In this document: positions 58,772 to 64,000 of the stretch, piece by piece
How the letters are laid out: the number at the start of each line of letters is the position of its first letter
Numbering within the stretch: position 1 is the stretch's first letter
Assembly (NCBI GenBank): GCA_937625935.1
Contig: OW569358.1
Span: 124,001 to 188,000, forward strand
Reading direction: 5' to 3'
Source: Tetramitus jugosus
Taxonomy: Eukaryota > Protista > Heterolobosea
DNA: 64,000 bases
Program-made: the position numbers and the translations under genes
Notes under the pieces: model-generated
The model's database searches: none
What the model saw: only the letters and a program-made list of their open reading frames with translations
What the model was told of the DNA's origin: nothing

Positions 58772-61700
58772 ATGGAAAGAAGTTTGGACGATGAACAGTT
58801 AATGCGGTTAAGAGATGAAGCCTTGAACTCGATAGGGTCAGTGGGTTCTGAGGCGAGCCATGAACACAGAGATTTGGAGGACAAAGTTCAAGTTTACTGC
58901 AGATTTAGACCTTTCTTGAGATTCGAACTCACCAAGGAAGACAAGAAAACAAAGTGTTGTGTGGCATTCCATAAGTCAGGAAAGAATGCACTCCTCAAGC
59001 ACGGTGTAGACAAGCCAATGAAATACGACTTTGATCGAGTGTTTCAGCCGAGTGCGACCCAAGACCAAATATTTGAAGCAGTTGGAGTTTCACTCGTGCA
59101 AGGTGAGTGACATTGAGTGTTTGTTTGGAGAAACTAATTTCAGTACTAACTTGTTGATGGTAAGGTGCCACGGAGGGTCAAGATGCTGTTGTTGTCAGCT
59201 GTGGTGCTATGCAGAGTGGTAAAACATTCTTGCTGTTAGGGAGCAATTCTGACTGGAGGGAGGTATGGATTTTTAAACATTTCAATATCTTCACAGGTTG
59301 CATTCATTACTTATTTATTGTTAAATACAGACAGAAACTGTCCAACCAAATGATGGATTAATTATTCGATGTGCAAGAGCTATATTTGACTACATTAATG
59401 ACGCAAATGAGGGTGATGAATTTACAATTCAAATATCAAGTCTTCGAATAAGGGATGATGGAATTGACGATCAATTGAAAGGAGAGGTGTATGTGGGATC
59501 TGTCGTTGACATTGCGAAGATTTTAGATTCATTAAGTACCAAAGATTCAGAGACAATGTGTTATTGCCTTAAACTCACTCAGACTGATTCTACAACTAAA
59601 CAAACAAAGACAAGTTCGATCTGCTTTTTTGATTTACAGATGGAAGATATAGCGTCCCTTGAGACTCTGATCGATTTCCAAGAGAACCAAAGCACCAATC
59701 AATCGGATAAAATTGTGAGAGCAATTCAACGAACAATATCAGGATATTACAAGCTCTGTTTAATTGGGAACTGTTCTCCCCATATTAATACTGTCGAACA
59801 AACGAAGAATACAATGGAACTAATATCAAGGTAAGAACCCTATTTTCAGATTTTGGGAATAAGACTTTATTGGAGCAACATTACGCTAATTTATACAGCT
59901 CTTCATTAATTGATAAGCAAGCTCGTTTCGCAACGATCAATGAGGGAGATGTTTCTCCAGCAAACTCTCCCCAAGCAAAAATGATAGCAAGGAATAGATC
60001 TGGTTCGATTAATGCAAACCTACTGACTCTGGATAGTTACAGAAGCGCTTTGGAGAAGGTGAAGAAGGAGAAAAAGAAGTTGCTACTTCGTATGGCTGTA
60101 GCTAGCTTCAAAGAGTCTTCTCTTTCTCATGAGATCCAAGTTTTGAAACATGAAAGCACAGTTCTCAAGGCAGAGCGAGAAACGATGGATGCCAAAATTC
60201 AAGCAATTGCTCATAACTTACAAATGATGAAATCTCATCAGACTGAGATGAAAACAACTTTGAGAGACACTATATTACAAACCCAGGACAAGTTGGTAGA
60301 TGATATCTCTTTAGGGTTGCTTGATAGAGAGAAAGAGTTTGTTTCTAATCTATCTGAAATGAACGCCAAATTCCGAACACTACAAGTGGAATGTGAGAGA
60401 TTAAGTAAGGAGAAAGAGGAAATAATCATTGGAAACAAGAAACTCATAGGTAGTCTGGAAAAGGATATCCAAGAGAGAAAAGCCGAATATGAAACATTGA
60501 GGCAAAGAGCATGGTCAGCCGAGGAACAAAGCTACTCAGCTTCTTTACAAAGACGCGAGATGGAGTCTGTTTTGGCAATGACCAAGGATGAGTATGAAGT
60601 CGCCGAATCTCAAATCAAAGAATTAGAAAACAAGATTTTACTACTTAACCAAGAAGTCGAACAACTTAGATTATGTGAGGAAACATCGCTTGCAGAACAA
60701 TCTAGATTAAAGGAGGACTTTGCGAAACTAGCAACAGAAAGTCGAGAGGAGAGTAGTATGTTTCGGGAGAGAGAGTTGAGTTGGACAGACGAGAAGAATC
60801 AATTCATATCGAAGATTGAATCGCTGGAAATTAAAGTAGAGCAGCTAACAACTTTTTCTGAGAGCAAAAGTTTGGAACTTGCAGCACTTAACCAAAATAT
60901 TACGAATACAATTGCTGAAAGACAAGAAGCCGAACGGCGTTGGGAAAGCCTCAAAGAATCGGTGAATAATTTGAATCACGAGTTACAGCTGAAAGAAGAA
61001 ACACTGGTCACGGTGAAACTAGCATTGAAGGAGCAAATGGTACGCCATGAGGCAAGCAAAGCTGATTGGGCACAAGAAAAAGAGGATCTGGAGAGACAGC
61101 TGTTTGAAGAAACAAAAAATCTGGAAACTCAAATTCAGGAGCTGTCGTCTGCAACCAAGAATAGCGAACAAGATCTAAAGAATGAGATAGCTTTGTTGAC
61201 AGAAGAAAACTTGGTGGTTAAAGAACATCTCTCAGCTCTGAATAATGAAGTATCTTCACATCAAATAAATGGAGAGAAGTGGAAGCAAGAGAAGGAAGAT
61301 TTAGAAAAGCAGATCAGTGGATTATTAACAGAAACAAAGGATAAGGAGGCACAATGGTTGGATGAAAACTCGAAGCTGAAAAGTTGTCTCTCAATCCTAG
61401 AGGATCAAATCGAGAAATATAGGGAGGCTGAGAAAAGATGGGAAGAAAGAGACGCTCTTGAAGATAAAATCACGGAGGCACCAGCACAAGGGAATGATGA
61501 AGATCCGCTAGTGTCATTAACAGCTGAAAACTTGAAGTTAAAAGATGATCTTTTGGCTATTAACTATCAACTGAACGAGGTGACTACTGACTGGAATAGA
61601 GCAAAACAAGACTTTACGACTGAAGCAATGAAGCACCAAGAAGAAGAGAGGAAGTGGATGGAGAAAGTTCAAATGTTGGAAGTGCAACTACAGGAATTAT

Positions 61701-63715
61701 CGTCTACAGCAAACCACAGAGAGGAAGAAATGAAGAAGGAGATACTTGCATCAACGGAAGAGAAATTGTTAATTAAAGCAAAATGGGATGAGAACAAACA
61801 GTTTCTAGAAAGTAAAATTCAGGAGCTACGCGCAACAGTAGAGAGCAAGGAGGAGCTTGTTGTGAACACTCAAAACATACTTTCACAGAAGGAAAAGCAA
61901 GGCGAATGGTCAGTAGAAAAACAAGAGCTGATAGAGCAGATTAGAACTCTATCTTCAGACATCTCTCTGAGAGAAGAGAAATGTAATTCTGAGATAGCAG
62001 CGTTGAAACAACATATTCTAGTTATGGAGAAGGAGTTAGAGAATCGAAAGTCTGACCTACTGAAATCATTTAGTCAGAGAGCTCTTCTTGAAGAAGCTAT
62101 AGACAGTTCAACAGAAAAGAATCATGAGGTAGAGGAAAGATTGACTGATATTTTAGCAGAAAAAAGTTCTCATGAAGATACAATCCAGCGTCTCGATTTG
62201 TCACTAAGACACACTGAGCAGATTCACAACGAACAGATTCAGAAACTTAGGGCAGAGAATGATGCAACAATCCAACAACTAAATAACTCGATTCAAACAC
62301 TCCAAGACGAGAAAACACAGTTTCAGACTCGTCTTGAAAAGAAAGAGCAAGAAACACAGGAATTCAAACATCAACTCGAGGAAGCTTTATCGAACTACGA
62401 AAAGTTGAACGATATGATGAATGATAAGGAATTAGAAATGATGAGAGTATCAGAATGTTCAAAGGAGGAGATTAGAGAATTAAACAATGATAACGCTCAA
62501 CTTCAAGCACTTGTGCGAGAATCGAGACAGGAGATAGAATCTCTAAAAGAAAATCTGGAGCAACTGAGCCACAAAGACCTTTCTCAAAATGAAAGAGTTA
62601 TCAGATATCAAAAGGAAATAGAGACGTTAAAAGCTTCCTACCAAGAATCAGAGAATACGAAGGCCATCTTGCATCAGGAGACTCTTAGTGCCATTAGAAC
62701 CGCAGTTCAGGAACTCGAAAACGAGAGAGACAATCTTCGAACACAGCTGGAAAACGAAAGGAGTGACATCACGCGTCTAATGAAAGAATTAGAAGCGTTT
62801 AGCCAGAGGGAGAAAGATAATATTGAGTTACAAAACGAGAGAGAAGCAACTTACAAAGAAGAGATCGTTTCTCTGCGAACAACATCCCAAGATCTTAACT
62901 ATGAAAGGATTAAACTGGAAAAACGGCTGGAAGAAATTAATCAAAGAGACGAGTCCCAGAATGAAAAAGCAGTCGTTAGTCAACGAGAAATTGAAAACCT
63001 AAAGACTCGTGTGCATGAGGTCCAAGTTGAGCGAAGTGAATTGCGGACAAAAGTTGAAGAGTTGAAGCTGGAGACTGAATCACTTAGGGAAGAGATAGAT
63101 AGAATGAAGCAAAGAGAACAAACTGAGATAGAAGCTCACCAAATGAAAATAGCAAGTTATCATGAAGAAATTTCTCAACTTAAAACTTCTTTACAAGAGA
63201 TGGAAGGCAAGATTAGGACGAAGAAGAACAAGAAGAAATCCAAAGAGACTTCTGAAAGATCGGATAGCACCTCAACGATTTCAATACTTCAACAACAGCA
63301 AGTTCTTCAACAAGTTCAAGCACTTGTTTCTCACATTGAACGAACGAAGCAAGAGAAAGACACCATGAGAATAGCTCTGGACACCAAGGAACAAGAGTTT
63401 TCTATTCTGAAGAAGAGAATCGAACAAAAGGACAGTATTATCAACCTTTTGTACAATCAAATAAGCATCATTAATTCAGTGAAATCGGATCAGGCAGAAA
63501 AGATGCAGGGTGAATTGGATCAGTTGATGCACGTTCTGAACCAGAGCAAAAAGAACTTGATTTCGACACCACGTGGTGGTGGTAGCAGCAACACCAACAT
63601 CAACACCAACAACGAAAAGGTGTTGGACCACAACAATAATGAGAAAGAAAAAGAACAGAATACTCACAATGACGAACACCAAATGAACAACCAACCAGTG
63701 AGCTCCTCTGAATAA
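58772..63715 (+). CDS. Divergent kinesin-like protein with very long coiled coil, spliced
   Basis: VQVYCRFRP, YDFDRVF, GAMQSGKTF, GLIIRCARAIF, LIGNCSP; about 1200-aa coiled coil. Confidence 0.8.
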
Positions 63716-64000
63716 ATACAAGAGTGAGCTCGCGACTGCAAACAGGGAACAAAATAAAAACCTAAAAAATGCTTGTTTATTCATATGATCATCGATGTTG
63801 TAGGAAACTTGAAATAGACAACGCATATAGACCTTGGTGGATGTACAATGGAGAAAGAGTGGCAATAAGTATAAAGGACAAGCCATGTAAGACTGCTAGA
63901 ATATGAGATGAGCTTGAATTGTGTTTGTCATAATGGGAATAAATCATCAGTTCAAGTTCAAGAATGCAGCTACACTGGTCGAAGTGCCATATGCCATCAT

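Overview
Gene-dense eukaryotic DNA (my estimate about 38-40% GC) with short GT-AG introns, very short intergenic gaps and poly-Q/N/T/S coding tracts. Gene style (EGF-repeat surface protein, KCTD-type BTB protein, LRR F-box) suggests a free-living protist, possibly heterolobosean; this is inference. Housekeeping genes include ADP-glucokinase, PIP5K, a KH protein, WD40, SH3-RhoGEF, NSE1, NF-YB, a P5B ATPase, CHMP5/Vps60, SPCS2, DDX6, a Dicer-like RNase III, a nucleotidyltransferase and a divergent kinesin. The main finding is a stack of four same-orientation non-LTR retroelement insertions (about 4720-7152) immediately upstream of a tRNA-Lys(CTT) gene. Three have poly(A) tails and share a 3' hairpin/AATAAA/GTTGTAT signature, and the target sequence TTTTCAGGTTCG recurs three times. 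The copy next to the tRNA encodes only an intact RRM/coiled-coil ORF1. This looks like a tRNA-gene-targeted (TRE5-like) and possibly bipartite retroelement system. Also notable: a roughly 12.5 kb decayed island (P-like transposase interrupted by Ginger-like integrase fragments, PHD, tRNA-derived Pol III unit, SNF2, PD-(D/E)XK nuclease, papain-like protease, BTB); a Dicer-like protein with an apparently dead second RNase III domain; a bacterial-type ABC-F gene; and an amylase/IFI27 chimera.
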